Assembly (NCBI RefSeq): GCF_963921235.1
Contig: NC_086097.1
Location: 84,508,001 to 84,572,000 of the forward strand
Length of the DNA: 64,000 nt
DNA from: Mobula hypostoma
Taxonomy: Eukaryota
Reading direction: 5' to 3'
The notes beneath the pieces are model-generated. The model was not told where the DNA came from and made no database searches. It worked only from the letters and a program-made list of their open reading frames with translations. Within the stretch, counting starts at the first letter, position 1. Every line of letters starts with the position of its first letter. Positions 12,881-24,843 of the stretch are shown in pieces. The translations under genes and the position numbers were made by a program.

Positions 12881-14596
12881 TTCAAAATCTTCGGTTGGCC
12901 CTTCCTGTGTGAGTCATACAACATGTGATGTCACTGCACACAGGCAATGACTTCTGATACCCATGCACGTCACTCGCATCGAGAACCCAGAACAAGATCT
13001 TAGAAATGTACAATGCACACATAAAGGATCTAATCGCATTTGGCGAAGAGGCTGTTGGGCAAATTAATTCACAAGGTGTATAAAATGTTTTACACCACAG
13101 CAAAGCCGTTCCAGTGCAGTGCCTCTGAGAGAGTTGCAGTCCCACAACGCTGCACCAGAGCATCATCCCAGAAAACAGTGGAAATTGCCCAATTCTGTAT
13201 ACGTCATGCAGACAATATTTGAGAACTGCAGTAGCCAAAGCGAGGGAGGAAAAATAAGTCAGTACGTTTCCATTTCTGATTGCCACAGAGTATTTAGGAC
13301 ATTGTACAGCAGGTCAACACCACTTCAACTTGATTTAACTGTGAGTCTCAGAGTGGCTAGCTACCTTATGCACATTTCCTCATACAAGATCCTACTCCAG
13401 CACTATAACATTGGTAGAAATCTTTCTTGTAGTTTTTGAACAGAGCTTAGGTTCTTCCCCTCCAAAGTTACAGCAGTGGAATAAAAGAAGTCTGAGCATA
13501 TCACCGAGGAGACACAACAATAAATGGCCATGCACCACGTAGAAAGCATTCCGTTGCATGAACCTGCAGAGTTGTGGATGTAACTCAGCACACCACAAAA
13601 ACCAGCCCTCACCTATGTGAACTCTGTCTATATTACTCGCTGCCTAGGTGAGGGTGCCAACAACATAATCAAAGACTCTACCCAAGCCAGACATTCCCCT
13701 TACTCCCCTCTCCCACTGGGCAGAATATAGAAAGACCGAAAAGCACATGATTGCATTGCCTTATGAATGTTTTCCATCTAACTACATTGATTATATTTTT
13801 TAAGGTCCTTAACTTCAAAGGGAAGGTATCTGTGTTATACATTCAGTAAGTCTGGCAGTATCTGTGGAGGGGAATAACCAATCAACATTTTGGACTGAGA
13901 CCCTTCATCAATCCTGAAAATTTATTATACTGCTGTGTAACATGTAAACTAAAGTATGTTCAGGTCTTAAACTAAGCAGCTTTGAATAGTCAGGAAAATT
14001 TGCTAATCTGGTATCACCAGATCCTGAGGGTAACATGATTATAGGAGCTTTATCTTGGGCATATCCCTTCCCACCATTGGTAGTTGCCTCAGGAAGGCAG
14101 CATCCATCATTAAAGATTGCCACCATTAGGCTATGCCATCTTGTCATAGCTATCATCGGGCAGGAGGCATAGAAGCCCAAAATCTCACATCACCAGGGTG
14201 AAGAACAGTTATTTCCCTTCAACCTTTCTTTGAGTGGCTTCCATGGGTTTCTTTGTTTCCTGGCTGTCTGGAAAAGATGAATCTCAGATTTGTGTGCTGT
14301 ATACATACTTGGACAATAAATGTACTTTGGACTTTCAACCATTTAGTTCTAGAGTTAACCAGCAAAACCTGAATCACAACAGTTTAGCAACCTTGTGACC
14401 ACTTTACACTAAAATGGACTTGGCTTATGTTTTGCGTTCTAATTGTGTTTTCTTGTAAAAATTATGTATAATTTCTATTTATGTTTTCCTTATGAATGCT
14501 GCTTATATTATGATATGTGCCGGTGATGCTGCTGCAGGTTTTTCATTGCACCTGTGCAAACAGGTACTTGTACAGATGGCAATGAACTTCAAAGGT

Positions 14597-15424
14597 TTCA
14601 GAGGTACATTTAATGTCAGAGAAATGTATACAATATACACACTGAAATACTTTTTCTTCACAACCATCCATGAAAAACAGAGGAGTGCCTCCAAAACATG
14701 AATGACAATTAAATGTTAGAACTCCAAAACCCCGCCCTCCAGCTCCCCCCCACACGTAAGCTGCAGCAAGCAACGATCCCCTCTCCCCCACCAGCAAAAA
14801 AAATGCATCAGCGCCCACCACCGAGCACTCAAGTGTGCAGCAAAGCATCAGCAAAGCCACACACTTGCAGTACCCCAAGACTACTCGTTCACCCGATATT
14901 CCACGTACCACAGGCTCTCTCTCTCTCTCCCTAATAAGGGAGAAAGAGGTGTCTCCGTTTCACAGCCAGAGGGGAGACATAACAAACAACTCACTGATAT
15001 ACGATGTTAAAAGTCCATTGCGTCACTTTTTCCGAGCTCTGTGCCCAAAGAACTTGGGTCTCTGGGCACACAGCCAGCTGTCAGCTCACTGATTTCGATC
15101 TTCCGTCTCCCATGACACACCGGATGCCTGCAAAGACACCGACCTTTGGTCTGCCCATCTCCAGAGCCACGAGATCACGGATCCCTGAAGGCGAGCGAAG
15201 CTCTTAGGTTGTATCCTTGGCATATCAAATAACGGCCAGACGTGAAACCCCGACAGCAGGTCCCATTCCCGCAAAGAACCAAAGTCAGCATGCAACTCCA
15301 GGTCAGGGTCTTCAAAAGAACCCTGAAAGGGAAAAACAGAGATATTAAAGATGGAAATAAAGCTGTTTCTGAAGATGCAAACAAAGGAGTCTCCATTAGA
15401 CGCCATTGTCACCTCCTCCTCCAC
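14597..15424 (-). mobile_element. Non-autonomous retroelement of about 830 bp (no coding remnant; LINE-like 3' tail)
   Basis: Second partial copy in the opposite orientation at 29429-29780; 5' end GGAGGAGGAGGTGACAATGGCG. Confidence 0.65.
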
Positions 15425-15489
15425 TTAATTAATCTTGACCTTGACTTTACCTACAGTACTAAAGCAGGTCTGCAGACCCATACTCTGAG

Positions 15490-16430
15490 AGGATGAATCA
15501 GTCCTAACAACCATCCAAACAAAGCTTTGCAACCATTCTGTAAAACACAGGTTTGAATTATCAACTGACCATGCATTGTTGAATTGAGGACACCAAGCAG
15601 TTATTCCAATTGCTCTGAGAGATAGGAGTCTAGGTATGCTGTGTGTAAAACATGTTGGAATTGTCAATATGCAGGAGGTTGGCAGAAATACTTGTATTGG
15701 TCGAACATTGATAAAGTGCTGGAAGAAGATGTGTCCTACATATGGTTTGCTAGCAATGATGACCAAGGATATAGCCAACTCACCCCCAACAAGGAGCTCA
15801 TATTGAAGTTCTGATGAGGACTTTTGGACCATAAATATTAATTCTTTTTCTCTTTCAAAAAATACTGTCTGTTTTTAATTCAGATTACCATGTGATTTTT
15901 AATTTCATGTCAAATTTTCTCGATGATTAGCTTCTTGTGTTTTTCAACAGATACCTAAAATGGACTGGAGTATGAAACTGGGGAACTTGCATGGTAGCAG
16001 AGGAATTTCTTTGAAGAGCTGAATTAGGTCTTTGCTGTGAATGGAATCCTGGCAGAATTAGTATCTGACAATAGATCCCAGGTCACTTTGTACTTATTGA
16101 AGGGTTTTAATGTAAAGTAGTAGCAGTAACTGTGCATTCACTACAATGTGTTATCCTGCTTCTGATGGGACAGCAGGAAAATCTGTACAAGCGCTATAAG
16201 GAACTTCTGAGGAATCAAATGATCTAAGATTACTCCAGCTTCATGAGAAATCATCTAACTTTCTATTTAGGTACTGCACAACTCTACAACTACAAGCAAA
16301 GCTGCTAATGGACACATAATGTCTTGGCATGCAAGATACAGCCCAACTTAGAGTGGAGTATAGAGATAGCAATTGAAGCAGAAGGCATTGTTCCAGGAAA
16401 GGGAAACCTATTTTGACTGAGTGCAAGTTG
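15490..16430 (+). mobile_element. Ancient Gypsy/Ty3 integrase relic
   Basis: ELSTDHALLN*G..VIPIALRDRSLGMLCVKHVGIVNM then, after a frameshift, YLYWSNIDKVLE (H2C2 region); FAVNGILAELVSDNRSQ and YPASDGTAGKSVQ (rve core: SDNGPQF, YHPxSNGxAERxVQ). Confidence 0.7.
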
Positions 16431-16836
16431 GAGAATTTTTTTTAATATAAATAGTTTATTTTGAAATAAAAACACTTAGCTTTGAAACGCAACAAGTCTC
16501 AGCAAGGAGTCTTGGTGAAGGAGTTTAAATCTATTAAATTTTTCATGGAAACGTATCAGAAATGTCCACCTACACAGATGACTAAAACAAGAGACAGACC
16601 CATATCGTCTGATCTATAAGACTGCATCTGCACATAGTCAATACAGTTGAAGAGCCACAGAATAGCAGTGAGTCATGTTAGTGAGAGGTTAATTTCCTGC
16701 AAGATCCAATTTTACCATAACTGTCTTAAAACATAATGAGTTGTGATCACTATTTCCCCGCTTAAATGTTTACCTATTATCAGGTCTGTCAACTGGTGTG
16801 CCTCATTTCCCAAAACTAGGTCCAGTATGTTCATTC

Positions 16837-16971
16837 AACACACATCAAAGTTGCTGGTGAATGCAGCAGGCCAGGCAGCATCTCTAGGAAGAGGTACAGT
16901 CGACGTTTCAGGCCGAGACCCTTCATCAGGACTGACTGAAGGAAAACACAGTTTGTTTGTTGTTTGTTGTT
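16837..16971 (-). mobile_element. Penelope-terminus mini-insertion with hammerhead
   Basis: Perfect 16-bp TSD TCCAGTATGTTCATTC (16821-16836, 16972-16987); matches the Penelope 3' terminus. Confidence 0.85.
16897..16934 (-). ncRNA. Minimal type I hammerhead ribozyme (Penelope-associated)
   Basis: Minus strand reads CAGTC-CTGATGA-AGGGTCTCGGCCT-GAAA-CGTC-GACTG: stem I CAGTC/GACTG, stem II AGG/CCT, palindromic loopless stem III, GUC cleavage triplet. Confidence 0.75.
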
Positions 16972-17279
16972 TCCAGTATGTTCATTCCTCTGTTTGGACT
17001 CTCCACATACCGTTTCAAGAATCCTGCCTGGTAGCACTGAAGAAGTCCGGCCCGATCTTTTTGTATTAAGAAAGTTCCAATCAATAGATGGACATTTGAT
17101 TACAAATGTAATTAGTTCAGTACAACATTGTGGGCTGAAGGGCCCATTCCTGAGTTGTATGTTCTAGTTCTTTGCTCTAACTCCAGGGAGCTAAAGTCAT
17201 TCACAATGATAACCCTGTTGTCTCTACGTTGTTCCCTAATCTAAATACTCTATAATCGATAAGAGGATTATTGAAAGAC

Positions 17280-17910
17280 TTTATACTTTACTTTTACTTT
17301 ATATTTTATTGTCGCCAAACAATTGATACTAGAACGTACAATCATCATAGCAATATTTGATTGTGCACTTCCCGCTCCCTGGATTACAAATCGATAGTAA
17401 ATATTAAAAATTTAAATTATAAATCATAAATAGAAAATAGAAAAATGGAAAGTAAGGTAGTGCAAAAAAAAAGCGAGATGCAGGTCTGGATATTTGGAGG
17501 GTACGGCCCAGATCTGGGTCAGGATCTGTTCAGCAGTCTTATCACAGTTGGAAAGAAGCTGTTCTCAAATCTGGCCATAAGAGTCTTCAAGCTCCTGAGC
17601 CTTCTCCTGGAGGGAAGAGGGACGAAAAGTGTGTTGGTTGAGCTGATTGTGTCCTTGATTATCCTGGCAGCACTGTTCCAACAGCATGCAGTGCAAAGTG
17701 AGTCCAAGGACAGAAGATTGGTTTGTGTGATGTGCTGCACCATGTTCACGATCTTCTGCAGCTTCTTCCGGTCTTGGACAGGACAACTTCCATGCCAGGT
17801 TGTGATGCACCCTAGAAGAATGCTTTCTATGGTGCATCTATAAAAATTAGTGAGGGTTTTAGCGGAAAGGCCAAATTTCTTTAGTTTTCTCAGGAAGTAA
17901 AGGCGCTGGT
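17280..17910 (-). mobile_element. Rex1/Babar LINE 3' fragment with (GTAAA)n-like tail
   Basis: QRLYFLRKLKKFGL...TNFYRCTIESIL...RFENSFFPTVIRLLN. Confidence 0.9.
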
Positions 17911-18499
17911 AAAGAACCAACATGCATCAGGTTCTAGAAAGGAAATGGTCATTTAACTAAAGTCTTCAAGGTGCTTCAAGTGTTGTTGATTGAGAGCATG
18001 GGCCATAGATACTCAAAACTCCACAATCAGGAGAGAAAATGGCTCCACTGAAATTCTGCTGGGTTCCCAGAGACTTGGTAAAGCTACTGGGCAGAGGCAA
18101 GCTAGTAAATAAAACATCAGTGGGATTCTGTAACACCTCAGTAGCTACTGTTAAAGAAGAGCCAAATACTTGATGGGAAAAATGGGCAGCATGGAAGTGG
18201 GCAGCAGAAGGGTTCACTTCATGGTGTATGAATTCATGAATTCATGACTTCACGACATACAAGTGAGCACAGTGTTGAAACCGTTTAGAATCACTATTTA
18301 ATTGGGAAATGGGATAAAGTAGTGGATCAGCAAGATAAACTATACATATGCACAGTACAGTTGAACCAGTGAATCTTTCACAGCAGATGGAAAGAATGGA
18401 AATATTCTTTAAAACCAATAGTATTTTTATAGAGGATGAAAATACAGTCACACAATGGTGCAAAAATGGAGCATAAAACTTCTCGTATTTTGCATTGTC

Positions 18500-18735
18500 A
18501 GAGGTTTAGTCAGCTCCATCATGGACACTAATGTCCAGAGTATCCAGGACATCTTCAAGGAGCGATGCCTCAAAAAGGCGGCATCCATCATTAAGGGCCT
18601 CCATCGCCCAAGCTACGCCCTCTTCTCATTGCATATTATGTATTGTATTCTACTGCTGCCGCAAAGACAACAAATTTCATGATATATGCTGATGATATTA
18701 AACCTGTTTCTGATACAGTACTGATTCTGATTCTG
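18500..18735 (+). mobile_element. Rex1-like LINE fragment, internally deleted
   Basis: SIQDIFKERCLKKAASII...LFSL; tail CTGATTCTGATTCTGA. Confidence 0.7.
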
Positions 18736-18990
18736 ATGCTGAGAGCTATCACTGAGTTTTAAGTCCAGCACCCCTACACAGTACTAAAGATGGGCCATTC
18801 TCCATGATGAAGAAACTGGATTATTTTAATTCTCAGCCATTTAAATGATCAGAGAGACAAACTCAGCATCAGAAATCCAAGGACAGAAAAAACAGTAAGT
18901 AAAAGCATTATTGCATCAAAGAGTTAATGCAGACATTGCAGTTGGCCGTCATGGTAACATAGCGATCAGCATGACACTATTGCAGCTCAA

Positions 18991-21146
18991 CTGTCAGAGG
19001 CAGAGCGCTCTGTTCTCAGTAAGGGCCTCACCTTTGTCCCCCTTCGCCCACACCTCAGCGAGTTCCGTGTTCGCCATGATGCGGAACTCTTCTTCCGCCG
19101 TCTCCGTCTCCGTCTCCAAGACTACTTCTTCGGCAAGGGCTCTTCCACCCCCACCGATGACCCCTTCTCCCGTCTTCAACCCTCCTCTTCTTCATGGACA
19201 CCCCGCTCTGGTCTTCTGCCTGGTCTGGATCTCTTTATCGCTAATTGCCGACGGGACATCAACCGTCTCGACTTCACCGCACCTTGTTCCCATTCCAACC
19301 TCACTCCTTCGGAACGCTCTGCTCTCCACTCCCTCCGCACTAATCCTAACATTATTATTAAACCTGCCGATAAGGGGGGTGCTGTTGTAGTCTGGCGTAC
19401 TGACCTCTACCTTGCCGAGGCACAGCGACAACTCGCGGATACCTCCTCTTATTTACCCCTCGATCGTGACCCCACTAAGGAGCACCAGGCCATTGTCTCC
19501 CACACCATCACCGACTTTATCCGCTCAGGGGATCTCCCATCCACTGCTACCAACCTTATAGTTCCCACACCTCGCACTTCCCATTTCTACCTCCTACCCA
19601 AGATCCACAAACCTGCCTGTCCTGGCCGACCTATTGTCTCAGCTTGCTCCTGCCCCACCGAACTCGTTTCTGCATACCTCGACACGGTTTTATACCCCCT
19701 TGTTCAATCCCTTCCTACCTATGTTTGTGACACTTCTCACACTCTTAAACTTTTCGATGATTTTAAGTTCCCTGGACCCCACCGCTTTATTTTCACCATG
19801 GATGTCCAGTCCCTATATACTTCCATCCCCCATCAGGAAGGTCTCAAAGCTCTACGCTTCTTTTTGGATTCCAGACCTAATCAGTTCCCCTCTACCACCA
19901 CTCTGCTCCGTCTAGCGGAATTAGTCCTTACTCTTAATAATTTCTCCTTTGGCTCCTCCCACTTCCTCCAAATTAAAGGTGTAGCTATGGGCACCCGTAT
20001 GGGTCCTAGCTATGCCTGCCTTTCTGTTGGCTTTGTGGAACAATCTATGTTCCGTGCCTATTCTGGTATCTGTCCCCCGCTTTTCCTTCGCTACATCGAC
20101 GACTGCATTGGCGCTGCTTCCTGCACACATGCAGAGCTCGTTGACTTTATTAACTTTGCCTCCAACTTTCACCCTGCCCTCAAGTTTACCTGGTCCATTT
20201 CCGACACCTCCCTCCCCTTTCTAGATCTTTCTGTCTCTGTCTCTGGAGACAGCTTATCCACTGATGTCTACTATAAGCCTAGTGACTCTCACAGCTATCT
20301 GGACTATTCCTCTTCTCACCCTGTCTCTTGCAAAAACGCCATCCCCTTCTCGCAATTCCTCCGTCTCCGCCGCATCTGCTCTCAGGATGAGGCTTTTCAT
20401 TCTAGGATGAGGGAGATGTCTTCCTTTTTTAAAGAAAGGGCCTTCCCTTCCTCCACTATCAACTCTGCTCTTAAACGCATCTCCCCCGTTTCACGTACAT
20501 CTGCTCTCACTCCATCCTCCCGCCACCCCACGAGGAATAGGGTTCCCCTGGTCCTCACCTACCACCCCACCAGCCTCCGGGTCCAACATATTATTCTCCG
20601 TAACTTCCGCCACCTCCAATGGGATCCCACCACGAAGCACATCTTTCCCTCCCCCCCCTGCATTCCGCAGGGATCGCTCCCTACGCAACTCCTTTGTCCA
20701 TTCGTCCCCCCCATCCCTCCCCACTGATCTCCCTCCTGGCACTTATCCGTGTAAGCGGAACAAGTGCTGCACATGCCCTTACACTTCCTCCCTTACCACC
20801 ATTCAGGGCCCCAAACAGTCCTTCCAGGTGACTCACCTGTGAGTCGGCTGGGGTGATATACTGTGTCCGGTGCTCCCGATGTGGGCTTTTATATATTGGC
20901 GAGACCCGACGCAGACTGGGAGACCGCTTTGCTGAACACCTACGCTCTGTCCGCCAGAGAAAGCAGGATCTCCCAGTGGCCACACATTTTAATTCCACAT
21001 CCCCTTCCCATTCTGACATGTCTATCCACGGCCTTCTCTACTGTAAAGATGAAGCCACACTCAGGTTGGAGGAACAACACCTTATATTCCGTCTGGGTAG
21101 CCTCCAACCTGATGGCATGAACATCGACTTCTCTAACTTCCGCTAG
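18991..21146 (+). pseudogene. Penelope RT-endonuclease ORF: open from 18991 to about 20650, then a frameshift in a poly-C run and a small deletion near 20830
   Basis: Frame of ORF 19798-20727 is stop-free back to 18991 (LSEAERSVLSKGLTFVP); the GIY-YIG part is in ORF 20853-21146. Confidence 0.85.
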
Positions 21147-21435
21147 TGCCCCACCTCCCCCTCGTACCCCATCTGTTACTTATTTTTATACACACATTCT
21201 TTCTCTCACTCTCCTTTTTCTCCCTCTGTCCCTCTGAATATACCCCTTGCCCATCCTCTGGGTCCCCCCCCCTTGTCTTTCTTCCCGGACCTCCTGTCCC
21301 ATGATCCTCTCGTATCCCTTTTGCCTATCACCTGTCCAGCTCTTGGCTCCATCCCTCCCCCTCCTGTCTTCTGCTATCATTTTGCATCTCCCCCTCCCCC
21401 TCCAACTTTCAAATCCCTTGCTCACCCTTCCTTCA

Positions 21436-21475
21436 GTTAGTCCTGACGAAGGGTCTCGGACTGAAACGTCAACTG
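21436..21475 (+). ncRNA. Hammerhead ribozyme motif in the Penelope 3' terminus
   Basis: CTGACGA-AGGGTCTCGGACT-GAAA-CGTC core with a few stem mismatches. Confidence 0.65.
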
Positions 21476-22249
21476 CACCTCTTCCTAGAGATGCTGCCTG
21501 GCCTGCTGCGTTCACTAGCAACTTTTATGTGTGTTGCTTGAATTTCCAGCATCTGCAGAATTCCTGTTGTTTACTATTGCAGCTCGGGGTTTTCTGGAGA
21601 GTGGAGTTCTGTCCCAGTTCTGTTCTGTGAGGAGTCTCTGTCTGACCTCCCTGTGGAATATGTGGGGTTTCTCTGGTTCCACAATCTAAAGATATACTGG
21701 GTAGATTAAATGGTCTTTGTAAATTGTCCTGTGACAAGGTTAGAGTTAATTTAGGCTTGTTGGGGTTGCTGAGGTGCTGTGCCTCGAAGGGCCAGAAGAG
21801 TTTACTCCGCACTGCATCACTGAATAAATAAAGAAAGCAAATGACTCCCGTGAATTCTTAAACTGTGCAGAGTGGAAGAAGCTTGTACTTTGGGTGGGGA
21901 GAGTTGAATACCATGTGAAGTTTGCTTGGTTAAAGTCTCGATGGAAATGGCACCTCATCCATCACAAGCATGAAGGGGGTTCACAATGAGAACATAGAGT
22001 ATAAATACTATCCTCAAATCAGGGTCACCACCATGCGAGTCCAATTACAAAAGCTCTCATCACATTAGCAATAGTAGCTAATCAACACCGGGTGGCTCCT
22101 ATATAGGAGGTGAAATATTAATTGTATGAGAAGATGAGATACTTAACAATGATGCATTAATATAAGTCGAGAACAGCTAATCAGAACAGTGTTACCAGTG
22201 CAACATCTGCACAGAGGAAATTTGCCTGGCAGGAAAGTACAAGGGAGGG

Positions 22250-22400
22250 CTGCAGATCTTGGCACCTGGAGCTACAAATGGTCTGCTGCAGAAACTCAGT
22301 GGGTCAAGCAGTATCTGTAGGAGGAAAGGAATTGATGCAGGGTTCGACCTGAAATGTTGACAATTCCTTTCCTCCCATAGAGGCTGCTTGATTCATTAAG
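22250..22400. mobile_element. Fold-back Penelope-terminus mini-element
   Basis: AAGCAGTATCTGTAGGAGGAAAGGAATTG pairs with CAATTCCTTTCCTCCCATAGAGGCTGCTT. Confidence 0.65.
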
Positions 22401-22914
22401 TGCAGGGGAGGGAGGGCGTGTCACATTGAAGCTGAGGGAGTTGAAACGGAATTCGACCTGCTGCTATGGTATTCTTGGAAACTGGAGGGAGCAGGAGAAT
22501 ATGAAATGCAGAGAAATGGCCAAATCTCAGAAATGAATTGGGCACAGCAGAGATACACTGTATACCGCAGGAAATTCAGCCTTTGACACAAAGTGCAATT
22601 AGTCTCAAGGCACACATGGTGAAATATTGAAGGTGCTAGGTGATTAAAACTGTCAAAGCCATCTTCAACCTATTACATTTCTGTTCACACTAACATACCA
22701 TAAAAATGTCTTTCAATGGCAAAAACAGAGAAACACTGTTCAGCAGAACAAATGTTTCATTGTGCAGTAGCTAATGACTAAGCAAAGAAATAGTACTTCC
22801 AAAGGAAATAATCTTTATTTGTTCTGATAGGTCAGCAACTCAAAACACTAATTCTGGTTTTCTCTCTTGAAATGCTGCCTGAATTACTAAGTATTTAATG
22901 TGCTTTTTTACTCA

Positions 22915-23275
22915 CTTTAAGACCTCAGGCATTCTTGAAGCACATTGCAGCCAGCAAGCTATACGAGGTGTAATAATCACTGATGTAGTAAAGGTGGTAG
23001 CCAGATTTCATACAGCAAATTCCCACAACCATTTATATGATAAACAACTGCACTATCTATTTTGTGTCGTTGATTGAGGAATAGATACTAGCCGAGACTA
23101 CTATTTTGCACAGCAGTTGAATAAGGAACTAATTTTAACCTTCACCAATGAGAGGTCACCTCATTTTAAAAGGGAGCACTTCTAACAGTGCAGAACCTCA
23201 CTGAAGCACCAGCCTAGATTGCTATGTTCAAATTTCTGGAGTGGGAGCCAAACTTTAGCCATCTGATTCAACAGA
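22915..23275 (-). mobile_element. SacSINE1/DeuSINE-like ancient SINE
   Basis: GCACTTCTAACAGTGCAG...CAGCCTAGATTGCTATGTTCAAATTTCTGGAGTGGGA resembles the recalled Deu-domain SINE consensus. Confidence 0.6.
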
Positions 23276-23291
23276 TTAACCTGATCATAAT

Positions 23292-23515
23292 TGTTAATTT
23301 TTGTAACTTCAAAACAAGTAAATTAATTAAAATGAAGATGGGGGTCCAAAAATACGGCTCAACTTTGAGTGACACGTGCACGTATCACATGGTAGTGTGA
23401 TAACGTATGCAATTAATGTATTTTTACATATAACCAGTAATCAACTACTTAAAGGAACAAGAATACTTAATCAACCAATATATATGCTGGATTACTAAAA
23501 CATATTAAATACACA
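23292..23515. mobile_element. Short solo LTR-like element (224 bp)
   Basis: TG...CA termini with exact 5-bp TSD ATAAT (23287-23291, 23516-23520). Confidence 0.65.
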
Positions 23516-23614
23516 ATAATGGCTGTGATGTCTGAGATATTGCTCTGCATGCTTCGTGACATATCTACTGCAACGTCTGAGATATACACCACAACATTTT
23601 TACGGTGAAGACTA

Positions 23615-24843
23615 TCAGATTAGCTTGTTGTCATGCACATCAGAGTGCAATGAAATTTGTTGCTTGTGTGAAAGTCGCAGGGTAAACAGTGTATACAGTA
23701 TGAAAATGAGGAATACACAATAGTAAAGTAGTAATCACTGAACAGCAGAGTGGCACGGACTATAGGAGCACACGATGAAGAAGTGCAAAAAGAAATGCTG
23801 AGGTGGAGGTGACTTTCTACCCATAGGTACAACTGTAGGGTCAAGAACATGGTGACATCACCGGGAAGGGGACGTAAAAAATGCTGCTGTGGCTTCCAGT
23901 AAGATGGCGGCTCGTTCAGAAGCAGCAGCCTCTCAGTGGCCAATAAGTACTGCAGGTCTGCCCCAGCATCGTTGGCGGTGGATTTGGACTTGGTGCAGGC
24001 TGCGTTACTCCCTGCTTCAGAAAGGCATTGGAGTGCAGTCTGACAGCAAGTGACTGTCTTGGACGTTCCTCTGGCGATTGCAAGGTCCTGTTGGACATTG
24101 CTAATGCAAGGCACTTCAAGTCCATTTCCCTTGTTTGTTGGGGAGACAGATGGCAGCGCAGGTGCATGACCTAGGCTGTATGAGGACTAGGAGGGAGAGG
24201 GGGGAGGGAGAGAGAAGAGAGGGGGAGAGAGAGAAGGGGGGGAAGAGAAGGGGGAAAGAGAAGGGGGGAAGAGAAGGGGGAGGGGGAGAGAGGGGGGAGA
24301 GGGGGAGAGGGGGGAGGGGGAGAGGGGGAGAGGGGGAGAGGGGGGAGAGGGGGAGAGGGGGAGGGGGGGGAGGGGGAGAGGGGGGAGAGGGGGAGAGGGG
24401 GAGAGGGGGGAGAGGGGGAGAGGGGGGAGAGGGGGAGGTGGGGGTAGTGGTAGGGGTTAGGGGAGGGGGAGAGGGCAGAGGGAGATTGCCCGAGTGCAGA
24501 GGTCTCCAACAGCCGCATCTTCTGTCTCGATGTTCTGATCTCCACGACGTTCCAGTTGGCGACACCAGTGAGGAATCGAGTTGTCCACAGGGGCCTCCCA
24601 AGGCTGCTCCCCAAAGGTGGATGTCTTCCAGCCCGCTCCTGGAGATGTCGAAAACGCTAGGCTGCTCAGCGACCCCCGGCAGCTGGAACCCCCTGTTCTG
24701 TGCAGCTGCAGAGTGAGTGCAGCTGTAGATCACAGACCCCGACTGGACCCAAGCCTCCCTGAAAAGGAAAAAAGAGGCATTAAAGAGAGTTTTGCGGATG
24801 AGCTTGAAAAAGTCACTTTCAGCACCATCTTAGCTCCACCTCC
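23615..24843 (-). mobile_element. Non-autonomous retroelement of about 1.2 kb containing a purine-rich expansion
   Basis: 5' end GGAGGTGGAGCTAAGATGG; LINE/SINE-like 3' tail (TTTCATTGCACTCTGATGTGCATGACAACAAGC). Confidence 0.5.
24190..24482 (+). repeat. (GGGGGAGA)n-like purine tract, G-quadruplex/triplex prone
   Basis: About 290 bp consisting almost only of G and A, with many G4-G7 runs. Confidence 0.9.

Larger units (their letters stand above)
18989..21572 (+). mobile_element. Penelope-like element (RT + GIY-YIG), 5'-truncated, young
   Basis: 13-bp TSD ACTATTGCAGCTC (18976-18988, 21573-21585); PADKGGAVVV, YLLPKIHK, DVQSLYTSIP, GVAMGTRMGP, RYIDD; GIY-YIG motif VIYCVRCSRCGLLYIGET. Confidence 0.95.
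18945..21835 (+). mobile_element. V-SINE (HE1-like) split by the Penelope insertion (head 18945-18988, body 21573-21835)
   Basis: tRNA-like head before the TSD; V-domain-like body and AATAAATAAA tail after it. Confidence 0.6.

Noticed and set aside
12890..13620. Unique-looking segment with several overlapping short ORFs
   Set aside because: I could not identify any protein or repeat motif; left unassigned.
18911..21630. Alternative-frame and antisense ORFs over the Penelope element
   Set aside because: They are shadow ORFs caused by the C-rich codon bias of the real RT frame.
24116..24733. Pro-rich and Gly/Arg/Glu-rich ORFs of about 150-200 aa on both strands
   Set aside because: They are translations of the G/A simple-repeat tract, not genes.
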